In this document: positions 10,733 to 20,223 of the stretch, piece by piece
How positions within the stretch are numbered: the stretch's first letter is position 1
Layout of the letters: every line of letters starts with the position of its first letter
Origin: Burkholderiales bacterium
GTDB taxonomy: Bacteria > Pseudomonadota > Gammaproteobacteria > Burkholderiales > Burkholderiaceae_C
Reading direction: 5' to 3'
NCBI GenBank assembly: GCA_040004785.1
Contig: JBDUAG010000001.1
Span: forward strand, 1 to 37,455
DNA length: 37,455 bases
The notes under the pieces: model-generated
The model's input: only the letters and a program-made list of their open reading frames with translations
What the model was told of the DNA's origin: nothing
Database searches by the model: none
Program-made: the position numbers and the translations under genes

Positions 10733-11959
10733 GCGATCTCGATTCGATCCTCAACAAGGCGCTGAAGAAGGCCGCGAGCGAGCGCTATCCGACGATGGAT
10801 GCGTTCTCGCACGATCTGCAGCGCTATCTCGATGGCGAACCGGTCGTGGCTGGAGCGGCGGTCACCATTGCACTGCTCGCAGGCACATCTGTCGCGCTGT
10901 GGCAGGCGCGCAAGCACAGCGCGCCCAGGCCGAGGCGAACACGGCGCTGGCGGTTCAGTCCTTTCTAGAGGGCGTGTTCCTCACCAACTCGGGGGACCAG
11001 GCGGATCCCATGAAAGCCCGAGAGACGACCGCTCGTGAATTGCTGGACCGCGGTGCCGAACGCATCGATACCGAATTGCGACAGCAACCTGCCGCTCGGC
11101 TCCGCCTGCTGAGCGTGCTGGCCTCGGTGTACGAAGGCATGGCGCTCGTTGACAGGCAGATTGCATTGCGGCGCCAGCAATGGAAGGAGGCGCGCAGCCT
11201 GTCGGGGCCGAACAGTGATGACAGCGTGACGGCGATGGCCCAGCTCGCCCACGCCCTCACCATGGCGGAGCAACGCCCGGAGGCAATCACGCTTCTGCGG
11301 CAGGCCGCTGCCACGCTGGACGCCCGCGGCGACAACGGCTCTCGTGCGCGCTTCTGGGTCGAGGTGATGCAGGCATCGCTCGACCGCCGCATTGACCCCC
11401 GGCATGGTTTGGCCGCCTCGGATCGCGCGCTCACGATCGCCCGAAGATTCCCACCGGACGATGCGCTGTTGCTGACGCTGCAGGTGCGCGGCGACAACGC
11501 AACGTTCGTCGGCGAGCACGAGCAAGCGCGCCAGGCCTTTGCGGAGATCGTGCGCATCTCCGAGGCAAATCCACCGCTCGGTGCGAATGATCTGGCGGGG
11601 ATCTACGGGTCCCTCGCGGGCGCGCAAACCGCGTTGGGGCAGTTCGCGCAAGCCAACGCCTCACAACGCAAAGGCGTGGACATCGCGCGTCGCCGCGCAG
11701 ACCCTTTTTTGATGCGTCAGACTGAAATGGATCTGGCCATTCATCCCTATGTCACTGGCCGATTTCGCGAGGCCGTGGAGGCCTCCGAACTGGCATTGCG
11801 CTGGGCGCACGGCGCGGACGCGCCCCCGTTTCCTGGCCAAGCGCACTGGATCAACGTCAACCACGCCCTTTTTTCGCTGGCCTTCGGCCGACCCGAGAAC
11901 GCGCTGTCCGAAACGGATGATGACCCCTCGCTGACGATCGAGGCCTCGGCGGCATCTGG
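10733..11959 (+). pseudogene. Ser/Thr protein kinase with TM and TPR-like region, lacking most of the kinase domain
   Basis: GDLDSILNKALKKAASERYPTMDAFSHDLQRYLDGEPV (kinase C-terminus), TM VTIALLAGTSVALWQAR, frameshift at about 10915, then FLEGVF..TARELLDRGAERIDTEL and helical repeats; flanked by IS remnants. Confidence 0.75.
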
Positions 11960-12119
11960 TGTTGGCGCCGACGTAGAGTTGACCCAGGCGCCGAAGCTCA
12001 GGTGACCCGCATTCCGGGTCGCCGATGAAGCGTTTGCGCTGCTTGGAGCAGCAAGCCCTGGGTCACGCAAATCTCGGCATAGTTGCCATAGACGGGGCAG
12101 TCCGACATCGGCGCCGACA
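11960..12119. mobile_element. 160-bp non-coding element with IS21-type terminal inverted repeats
   Basis: Left end TGTTGGCGCCGACGTAGAGTTGACCC; reverse complement of right end TGTCGGCGCCGATGTCGGACTGCCCC; internal GCCG..TGACCC repeats on both sides. Confidence 0.65.
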
Positions 12120-12562
12120 CTCAGCACGGCCTGGGTCAGGCCCTTGGGCAGCAGGGTGCGCGTGACGTTGATGACCGGCAGCATGCGCTGCCAGTTGGCG
12201 ACCCAGGTGTTGGCTGCGGCGAGTTCGGCCGGCGCCACCAAGCGCAGCGCCACATCGTCGATCTGGTCTGGCACCACCTGCTCAGCCACGCCATGCCCGA
12301 GCAGCAGCATCTCTTCCCCGTTACGGCGCTGGACCCAGAAGTCGATCAGCCGACCGTCGCGCTTGATGCCGAGGCGGGTAGGGCGCTCGCACAGCGACTG
12401 CACGGCCGGATCGGCCTCAAGGCGAATCCATTGCTTGAAGGAGACGTGATCGAAGAGGCGTATTGGTCTCGCCAGCTTGGGGCTGAAGGCCACGAGCAGC
12501 GGGCAGCCACGAGGTCTGGTCATCTCCAGCGGTGCGCGAAAGCGTGCGGTGAAATCCTTCAT
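12120..12562 (-). pseudogene. TnsA-like endonuclease, C-terminally truncated
   Basis: FSPKLARPIRLF..WIRLEADPAVQSLCERP..IDFWVQ..WVANWQRMLP resembles TnsA N-terminal domains; first gene inside the transposon end; cut at 12119 by the IS21-type element. Confidence 0.6.
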
Positions 12563-12606
12563 GGATCAACACCTTACGCAAGCCCAGCGGCTGCGCATCC
12601 GCAAGT

Positions 12607-12741
12607 TGACGGATTTGCTTCGCGCAAAGATGAAGTGACAGATTTGCTTCGCAAACTGCGTCGGCAAATGTGTCACTCCCAGACTGACCTTCAGAGGGAA
12701 CGCGCTCCTCGCGAGCAGTGACAGATATGCTTTGCTCTACG
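12607..12741. repeat. Opposite transposon end with TGACAGATTTGCTTCGC-type repeats
   Basis: Copies at 12607-12623, 12636-12652 and 12719-12735, plus an inverted partial copy GCAAATGTGTCAC at 12664-12676. Reverse complement GCGAAGCAAATCTGTCA matches the 2375-2541 repeats; the array ends in TCTACG (12736-12741). Confidence 0.8.
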
Positions 12742-13406
12742 AATGCTCAACCGGGCCGGCTGAGCGCTTCAGAGCAAACCGACCAGCACTGAATCGGCCC
12801 ACACGATGCGCAATACCTCTTCGTTCTTCAGCCATGCTCGTTCCAAGCGGATCTCCGGACGCGTGCGCTTCATCGAAGGCCTGTCGCCACACCTGCAAAC
12901 GCAGGGCACCCTCGACGCCGTTGGCGACCACCCCGAGCAGCAGCTGCTCGCCTAGTCTTCGGCAAGTTCAAGGAGAGTGACCTTCTTGGCATCAAAACCG
13001 AATCGGCAAAGATGCTCATGTTGGCGGCACTGAACCTCATCGAGTGCATTGTGGAAACCGCGCCGCGAAGGACAAGCTGAGACCACCTGCATAGGTGACC
13101 ACGTGAGGGCGAGAGGGCGACTGAATCAACCGGCACGGTTGATGACTGCTGTCCGGCAGGGCGACAAGACTACCGATTCTCGGGGGTGCTCCCCCAGTTT
13201 TCATCCACTCCCAGATTATTCGTTCTTCGACACCCTCGGCCGAATTCGGAGAATCAGCCTCCAGAGCCCGTCGATTTGAAGGAGAGTCCGCGAGTCGCGA
13301 CGATGATCCGGATCTGGTCGGAGTGCATGTGCCGGGATCAAAACAGACTCCTCCCGTGTCCCGCCGCTGCCCGAACCAGAACCGTGAGGGAACCTGCGCG
13401 GAACGG

Positions 13407-14327
13407 TCATTCCGAGTTCGATCTGGCCACGCGACAGACATCGGCGAAGGCGCGTGCATAGAGGCCCAGTTCGACGTCTCGCTTCCAGGCGATGCCGATG
13501 TCCATGCTGGGCACGACATCGTCGATCAGAGTGATGGCCTCCAGACGTGTGTTATCGAGCGACCAGGGCCGGTAAACCATGTCGGAGAGGATCGTGACGC
13601 CGACGCCGACCGCGACGAGGTTGCGCGTCGCCTCCATGGACGTTGTGTGGAAGATGACGTTCGGCTGCATGCCGGCTGCATTCCAATAGCGTCTGGTCGT
13701 CTGCTCGGCGTCGTCGATGGTCAGGAGGATGTAGGGTTCGGGCTGTACTTCCTTGAGCGTCACCCGCTTCCTCTTCAGCAGTGGATGGTTCGCGGGGACC
13801 CAGAGGCGCCGCTTCGAACGCGTCAGAACGTCGGAGTCGATCTCGTCGAGATGCTCTAGCGGAGACGTCAGACACAACGCAAGCTCGATCTCACCGCTGA
13901 GGAGGCACCGCTCGATTTCGGCCCGCGCAAGTTCGACCAACTGCACTCGGATGCCTGGGAACTGCCGATTGAAACGCGCGAGCAGTGGCGGGAGGTAGTA
14001 CCCGGCAACCGTGTGATTGCAGGCGAGCTTGAGCACGCCCGTCATATCGTGCCGAACGCGTTGCGGGGCTTGCATGGCTTCGGCGGCCGCGGCGAGCACG
14101 CTGCGCGCATGCAGCAGGAAGACCGTGCCTTCGGAGCTCAGTGTGACGCCTTTGGCGTGGCGCTGGAAAAGCTTGACACCCATCTCCGCCTCCAAGGCCT
14201 TGATGGCTTCGGTGACGACGGGTTGCGACGTGAACAGCACCGCCGCGGCCTTGGAGATTTGTCCCGTTTCGGCAGTGGCCACGAAGATGCGAAAATGCCG
14301 CAGCGACGCTCTCACGGGGGTTGCCAT
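13407..14327 (-). CDS. LysR-family transcriptional regulator
   Basis: HTH SLRHFRIFVATAETGQISKAAAVLFTSQPVVTEAIKALE..LFQRHAKGVTLS; about 306 aa with substrate-binding domain. Confidence 0.93.
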   Translation of the reverse strand: MATPVRASLRHFRIFVATAETGQISKAAAVLFTSQPVVTEAIKALEAEMGVKLFQRHAKGVTLSSEGTVFLLHARSVLAAAAEAMQAPQRVRHDMTGVLKLACNHTVAGYYLPPLLARFNRQFPGIRVQLVELARAEIERCLLSGEIELALCLTSPLEHLDEIDSDVLTRSKRRLWVPANHPLLKRKRVTLKEVQPEPYILLTIDDAEQTTRRYWNAAGMQPNVIFHTTSMEATRNLVAVGVGVTILSDMVYRPWSLDNTRLEAITLIDDVVPSMDIGIAWKRDVELGLYARAFADVCRVARSNSE

Positions 14328-14754
14328 CGGGTGGAACAAGAGAAGTTCATGCTGACGTCTCGCTAAAGGTCGACGAGTGGAGCACCAAATTACGCAAACG
14401 TCATGCCATGCAGCCTCGCCATTGCATCACAGGTCGGGACGCTGGGCAGTCCGGACCGGCAAGCTGTCGCGAGGCTATTCTCACCGCGCGCCGGTGGCCG
14501 CGGCAAAACACCCGTCATGCGCGCGATCGCCCCCCTGTGCGCCTCGCTCGCGGCGCGATGATTTGAAGCAGACAGGCCGAGCTTGCGCAGCAGCCCGTCG
14601 TGCAACCCGTATACCAAGCCATGCACAGACAATGGCTGTCTCCGGCCCGATGCGTCCCGGACGATATGCGTGCGGCATACATTGACAAACTGCTCGGCCA
14701 CATTCATTCCGCAAAGCCCGATGGACGATCGTGCGCCGGGAGGTTCTCGAGGAC

Positions 14755-15005
14755 TACTTGATACCTCGCCTGCACCTCTTGAACGTGCCGCAGCCACGTG
14801 TCCACGAGCCCCGAGCGAGCGCCGTCCGACGCTGCATCGATGACAGAACATCCGTAATGGCCGACGACCATCACGTCCCGTCACCGGAGCACTCGACGGC
14901 GAATTGCAGCGCAAAATGGCAGTTCAGATCGCTGCTGTGAACGATGTTGGCAACATCGCGATGCATAAGCACCTCTCCGGGCGCAAGGTCCAGTATCTCG
15001 TGCGA
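14755..15005 (-). pseudogene. Beta-class carbonic anhydrase (can-like) remnant
   Basis: Manual translation EILDLAPGEVLMHRDVANIVHSSDLNCHFALQFAVE, frameshift, then DVMVVGHYGC..GARSGLVDTWLRHVQEV; matches the GEVFVHRNVAN / GHYGC / DNWLRH pattern. N-terminus missing. Confidence 0.75.
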
Positions 15006-15035
15006 GCAGACTCTCGACGTTGTGGCACACCGCCA

Positions 15036-16505
15036 TCAGCCATCCACTCCAGCGAGGCAAACGTACTTGAGCTCCAGGTAGTCTTCGAGGCCATGCCGAG
15101 AACCCTCGCGGCCGAGCCCCGATTGCTTGATACCTCCAAAGGGCGCCTCGACCGTGGAGATCAGGCCCGTGTTGACGCCCACCATGCCGCACTCGAGCGA
15201 CCCGGCCACCCTGAAGATCCTGCCCATGTCGCGCGAGTGGAAGTAGCCGGCGAGGCCGAACTCCGTGCAATTGGCCACCTCGACCACCTCGTGTTCCGTG
15301 TCGAACACGAACAACGGGGCGAGCGGTCCGAAGCTCTCCTCGCGTGCCACGCGCATGGCCGCCGTTGCTCCGCCGATCACGGTCGGCTCGAAGAACGTGC
15401 CCTCAAGCGCATGACGACCGCCACCGGCCAGCAGATGCGCGCCATGGGCAATTGCATCGGCAATGTGGGCCTCGACCCTCGCCACCGCGTTCAGGTCAAT
15501 CAGCGGTCCTTGCGTGACGCCGATCTCCGTGCCAGGCCTTACCTTAAGCTCGCGGACACGGTCGACCAACTTTGCGGCAAAGGCATCGTAGACGCCTCGC
15601 TGCACATACAGTCGGTTGGCGCAGACGCAAGTCTGTCCGGTGTTGCGGTACTTCGAGACCATGGCGCCTTCGACTGCCGCGTCCAGATCAGCGTCGTCGA
15701 AGACGATGAAGGGCGCGTTGCCACCGAGTTCGAGCGACAGCTTCTTGACGGTATCAGCGCACTGCCGCATGAGTATCCGGCCGACTTCTGTCGAGCCTGT
15801 GAAGCTCAACTTGCGCACGACGGGATTGGAGGTCAGTTCCGCCCCGAGGGACTGAGCATCGCCGGTCAGTACCGACAAGAGACCATCGGGCAGCCCTGCG
15901 CGCTGAGCCAGCAATGCAAACGCGAGGGCCGACAGCGGTGTCTCCAGGGCCGGCTTGACCACAATGCGCAGCCGGAAGCCAGGGCCGGCCCCACCTTGCG
16001 TGTCAGCATCGCCATAGGGAAATTCCAGGGCGTGATCGCAGCGCACACGCCGACAGGTTCCTTCAGCACAAGAATGCGTCGATCGGCCTGCGGGGCCGGC
16101 ACAGTTTCGCCGTAGGCCCGACGCGCCTCCTCTGCGAACCAATCGATGAACGAAGCGGCGTAGGTGATCTCGCCCGCGGCTTCCGCCAGCGGTTTGCCCT
16201 GTTCCAGGGTCATGACGAGCGCGAGATCTTCCCCGTGCTCGATCATCATGTCCGCCAGACGGTGCAGCACGGCTGCCCGCGCCTTGGAGGGCGTGCGCCG
16301 CCAGGCGGGTTGCGCGATCTGCGCGGGCCTCGACGGCACGGCGCGTCTCGGCCGCTCCCATCATAGGCACGGTGCACAGGGTGACGCCGCTGGCCGGGTC
16401 TGTCACCGGCACCGACTCGCGGTTGTCGGCGTCGGCCCAGGCGCCGGCGAGGAAGGCCTGTTCGCGCAGCAGGCTCGGATCTTTGAGGTTGGTAATCGTG
16501 AGCAT
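15036..16505 (-). pseudogene. gabD: NAD(P)-dependent succinate-semialdehyde dehydrogenase (GabD-like) with two compensating frameshifts
   Basis: LKDPSLLREQAF N-terminus, ITPWNFP, FTGSTEVG, LELGGNAP, GQTCVC, EESFGP. The segment about 15965-16325 reads correctly only in ORF 15866..16339. Could be an intact gene with sequence errors. Confidence 0.8.
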
Positions 16506-16528
16506 CTGTATGGAGGAACGTGCAGGCA

Positions 16529-17566
16529 TCAGGCCTGCGTGCTCAGACGGTGCCGTATCGAGTCGGCGACGACCGCGACGATCAGCAAGGTGCCCAGCAC
16601 CAGCATCTGCATGTATGAGCCAATGTTGGCAAGGTTCATTCCGTTCTGCACCAGACCAATGAAGATCGCGCCCATCACAACGATCTCGACTCTGCCGATC
16701 CCGCCGCGGAGGCTGACGCCAGCGATCACGCAAGCGGCGATCGACTCGAGTGCCACAGTGCCGCCCAGGTTGGCCTCGCCGGATTCGACTCGCGCCGTGA
16801 GCAGCAGGCCTGCGATTGAGGCAAGCAGCGCGCAGCCCAGATAGGCCAGCAACAGCGCGCGCCGCGTGTCGATTCCCGAAAGCGCCGCGGCCTTGGCGTT
16901 GCCACCCACCGCGAGCAAATAGTTCCCTCCGGCAGTGCGTGACATGACAACGAACATGAGCAGGGCAACCGCTGCGGCAATAAGTACCGGTATGGGAGCT
17001 CCCAACACGGTGCCGAAGCCGAGCGTGTCAGAGAAGGCTTCGGGCAATCCGCCGATCGGCACGCCGCCTGTGAGGAACAGCGCCAAGCCGAACCCGATCG
17101 ACTGCACTCCGAGCGTCATGATGAACGGCGAAACGCCGATGTAGGCGATGCCCAACCCGTTAACCAACCCGACGAGCAGCGCGCTGCCGAGGCCTGCCAG
17201 GCACCCGACGGTGACGGCCACCAGCGGCTGCACCTCAGGTCCGAACAGGGTCATGGTCACCGCGCTCGTCACCGACGTCAGCGCGATGACGGTACCGACC
17301 GACAAGTCGAAGCCACCGGTCACCAACGCGAGCATCTGGCCGAGCGAGACCAGCACCAGGTAGACCGACTGGCGCAGCAGGTTCACCAGATTCTGCACCG
17401 TCAGGAATTGGTCCGAAAGCAGTGCGAACACGACGATGGAGACGACCATCAGAGGAGGCAACACACCCACTCGCAGGAACATCCGCAGCGCGACGCGGCC
17501 CAGCCGCTGGCTGAAGCTGGAGGGGGACGTCGCCACGACGTCGTGCGGGATCAGCGAGGTGGTCAT
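16529..17566 (-). CDS. ABC transporter permease (RbsC/CUT2 family)
   Basis: GQMLALVTGGFDLSVG, PFIMTLG, AVGGNAKAAALSGID, LESIAACVIAGVSLRGGIG motifs; multiple TM segments. Confidence 0.92.
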   Translation of the reverse strand: MTTSLIPHDVVATSPSSFSQRLGRVALRMFLRVGVLPPLMVVSIVVFALLSDQFLTVQNLVNLLRQSVYLVLVSLGQMLALVTGGFDLSVGTVIALTSVTSAVTMTLFGPEVQPLVAVTVGCLAGLGSALLVGLVNGLGIAYIGVSPFIMTLGVQSIGFGLALFLTGGVPIGGLPEAFSDTLGFGTVLGAPIPVLIAAAVALLMFVVMSRTAGGNYLLAVGGNAKAAALSGIDTRRALLLAYLGCALLASIAGLLLTARVESGEANLGGTVALESIAACVIAGVSLRGGIGRVEIVVMGAIFIGLVQNGMNLANIGSYMQMLVLGTLLIVAVVADSIRHRLSTQA

Positions 17567-17576
17567 ATGCGCTCCA

Positions 17577-19103
17577 TCAAGCAGCTTCGCGCACGGGCTC
17601 GGCCGGTCCATCGAAAAAGAGTCCGAGCACTGCACTTTCAGTCAACTCGGGGCGGTTCAATTCGCCGACGACCCGGCCATTGCGCAGCACGTAGGCACGA
17701 TGAGCCAAGTGCAGGATCTCGGGAAGGTCCGACGAGATGATCACGACCGCCGCGTTCGCCTCGGTCAACTGCTTGATCAACATGTACAGCGCGCTCCGAG
17801 TGCCCACATCGACACCGACGGTGGGCTCGTCGAAGATGTACAGGTCCGCATGCATGGCCAGACCTTTGCCGAACAAGACCTTCTGCTGATTGCCGCCCGA
17901 CAGCAGCCCGACGGCCCGCCCGAGGTTGAGCGGTGCAAGTTCGACGCGCTCGGCCACACTGCTCGCCAGCGTGCGTTCGCGCCCGCGCTGGATCAGGCCG
18001 CCGGCACCCTGCAGTCCGCGCCGCAACATCGACAACGTGATGTTGCGCGCGCAGCTGAACCCCAGCATCAGTCCTTCGTTCCGGCGGTCGGGTGGCATGT
18101 AGAACATGCCGCGGGCGAGCAGTTCACCCGGCTTTCGCCGGGTCACGTCCTCGCCCTTGAAGAGGACCCGCCCGAGGACGACAGGCTCGATGCCAAAGGC
18201 CGCTCGCATCAATTCGCTCTTGCCGTGGCCGACCAGACCGGCCAGGCCGAGTACCTCGCTGCGGCGCACCCGGATCGACGCATCGCGCACGCCGCCGCGT
18301 GTACTCACGCCGTGCAGTTCGAGCAGGTTCTCCCCCGGCCGGGACGCGATCGTCGGATAGATCTGCGCAATCGAGCGCCCGGTCATCAGTTCCACCAGCG
18401 CGGCATCGTCCGCGCGATCAGCGCTGACCGTCGCAATGTGGCAGCCGTCACGTAGAACCGTGATTCGATCCGCAATGCGGCGAATCTCCTGCATGCGATG
18501 CGAGATGTAGATGATGCCCACCCCGGTCGCGCGCAACCGTTCGACCATCGCGAACAAGTGGTTCGTTTCCTGGTCGGTGAGCGAGGCAGTCGGTTCGTCG
18601 AGGATCAAGACCGCGAGGCGCGACCGCTGGCTCTTGGCGATCTCGACCATCTGCTGTTCGGCCCGGCTCAGGCTTCCGACGATGCGGTCGACGTCGATGT
18701 GGAAATCCAGGCGGCGAAGCAATTCCAGCGCCCGTGCCCGGATCTCGGCACGCCGCAATAGGCCAAAGCGCTTTGGTTCGTCGCCGAGGAGCAGATTCTC
18801 CGCGACGCTCAGCGTGGGCACGAGCGAGAATTCTTGGAACACCGCACTGATGCCGAGCGCGCGCGCTTCCCGCACCGAGCGCAGCTCGACCGCTCGTCCC
18901 TCGAACTCGATGTGTCCGCTGCTGGGCTCGCTCGCGCCTGCCAGCAGCGAGATGAGCGTCGACTTGCCGGCGCCGTTTTCGCCGAAGAGCACGTGGACCT
19001 CGCCGTGATTCAGGTCGAAGCCCACGTTGTCGAGCGCACGCACCCCTGGATAGTGCTTGCACAGGCGGACGGTGCGCAGCAGCGGGATCGCGGTCGCGGC
19101 CAT
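17577..19103 (-). CDS. ABC transporter ATP-binding protein (RbsA-like, two ATPase domains)
   Basis: GENGAGKST, LILDEPT, YISHR, LSGGNQQKV, DEPTVGVDVG. Confidence 0.93.
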   Translation of the reverse strand: MAATAIPLLRTVRLCKHYPGVRALDNVGFDLNHGEVHVLFGENGAGKSTLISLLAGASEPSSGHIEFEGRAVELRSVREARALGISAVFQEFSLVPTLSVAENLLLGDEPKRFGLLRRAEIRARALELLRRLDFHIDVDRIVGSLSRAEQQMVEIAKSQRSRLAVLILDEPTASLTDQETNHLFAMVERLRATGVGIIYISHRMQEIRRIADRITVLRDGCHIATVSADRADDAALVELMTGRSIAQIYPTIASRPGENLLELHGVSTRGGVRDASIRVRRSEVLGLAGLVGHGKSELMRAAFGIEPVVLGRVLFKGEDVTRRKPGELLARGMFYMPPDRRNEGLMLGFSCARNITLSMLRRGLQGAGGLIQRGRERTLASSVAERVELAPLNLGRAVGLLSGGNQQKVLFGKGLAMHADLYIFDEPTVGVDVGTRSALYMLIKQLTEANAAVVIISSDLPEILHLAHRAYVLRNGRVVGELNRPELTESAVLGLFFDGPAEPVREAA

Positions 19104-19121
19104 GCCGTCTTCGGGCCTCTG

Positions 19122-20192
19122 TTACTTGACTTCGAACAAGGGCTTGAAGCCAGGGGGCGGCAGGATGTCGCCGAGCTTGAGGCTCTTGATGTTGCTGCTG
19201 TCCACCACGAATATCTTCGGCCCGACGTGCTTGGTCAGCTCCTTACCCTCGAGGGCGCGAACCGCCTGATCGATGGCGATACGGCCCTGGATCACCATCG
19301 AATCTGCAGGCGATGCCAGGATGCGCCCCTTCTGAATTCCTTCGTAGACGCCGGGTGCCATGTAGAACGACAACAGCTTGACCTTGTCCTGCAGGTTTCG
19401 CGAGCGTACGAGGCCGACGGCAGCCTCGGCGGTGACTGCGGTTCCGGCGATGTAGGCGACGTCAGGATTGGCCTGGAGTGCATCTTCGATGAGCTTGGAC
19501 TGGGCTTCCTTGCCGGTGTCGCCGTACTTCGGATCAAGCGCATCGACCGCGCTTCCCTTCACCGCTTCCATGAAGCCCTTGTTCGCAGCCTCGACCCAGC
19601 CCGCGCCGGCCGGGCCGGGGAACCAGGCGACCTTGACCTTCGGGCTGCCGGCGGGATGCTTCTTGGCCAGGAAACTGCCTGTCGACTGACCCATGGTGTA
19701 AAACGAAACGAGGGACTTGGCAGTGATCTCGGGCGAGCTGATGCCGTTCACGAGGTCGATGACCGGCACCTTCTTTGCGGCGAGGGTCTTGATCAGGCTG
19801 TTCAGGCCATCGGCCGAGATCGCGCCGATGACCACGGCGTTGGCACCGCGGGCCACACAGTCTTCGATCTGCGAAATCTGCTTGTTCAGGTTGGTATAGC
19901 CGCCGGCTTCGACGAGCTGCAGCTTCACGTCCAGACGTTTGGCTTCTTCCACGACGCCGTAGTCCACGCCGAGCCAGTAAGCGTCCTTCATGTGGGGAAA
20001 CGAAACGCAGATCTGCCACTTCTTCGCGGCCTTTGCGAGCGGCGTGTACTCGATGTCCGTCCTCTTGCCATCTGCTGAGAACGGGGGATCGGTGGCTTCG
20101 GCCTTGTATGGAAACCAATCGGCACGCGCCATGGCGGGCGCGAGGACCATGAGTGCGGAAATCAGGGCGAGCGAAATCAAACGGTTGGTCAT
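19122..20192 (-). CDS. Periplasmic binding protein, TorT-like
   Basis: Signal peptide from ATG 20192 (GGAGG upstream); KWQICVSFPHMKDAYWLGVDYGVVEEAKRL..EAGGYTNL and AWFPGPAGAGW typical of the TorT subfamily of type I binding proteins. Confidence 0.8.
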   Translation of the reverse strand: MTNRLISLALISALMVLAPAMARADWFPYKAEATDPPFSADGKRTDIEYTPLAKAAKKWQICVSFPHMKDAYWLGVDYGVVEEAKRLDVKLQLVEAGGYTNLNKQISQIEDCVARGANAVVIGAISADGLNSLIKTLAAKKVPVIDLVNGISSPEITAKSLVSFYTMGQSTGSFLAKKHPAGSPKVKVAWFPGPAGAGWVEAANKGFMEAVKGSAVDALDPKYGDTGKEAQSKLIEDALQANPDVAYIAGTAVTAEAAVGLVRSRNLQDKVKLLSFYMAPGVYEGIQKGRILASPADSMVIQGRIAIDQAVRALEGKELTKHVGPKIFVVDSSNIKSLKLGDILPPPGFKPLFEVK

Positions 20193-20223
20193 GGAGCCTC
20201 CGTGGGTGGGTGGAAAGGTGAAG

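Larger units (their letters stand above)
2375..12741 (-). mobile_element. Degenerate Tn7-like transposon (tnsA-like remnant, tnsC remnant, tniQ; tnsB absent) with mosaic cargo
   Basis: Related repeat arrays in inverted orientation at 2375-2541 and 12607-12741; tnsA-like, tnsC-like and tniQ all on the minus strand in canonical order between them. Confidence 0.7.

Noticed and set aside
11747-12119. C-terminal part of the 271-aa ORF 11747..12562
   Set aside because: Read-through across the IS21-type element and the antisense strand of the kinase remnant; not part of the TnsA-like protein.
12745-13400. Possible degraded hypothetical gene (plus strand, ..HPEQQLLA*..MLMLAALNLIECIVE..) and small GGGG-TGCT-CCCC hairpin
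   Set aside because: No family recognisable by eye; too weak to call.
14904-16115. 403-aa plus-strand ORF
   Set aside because: Antisense to gabD and the carbonic anhydrase remnant.
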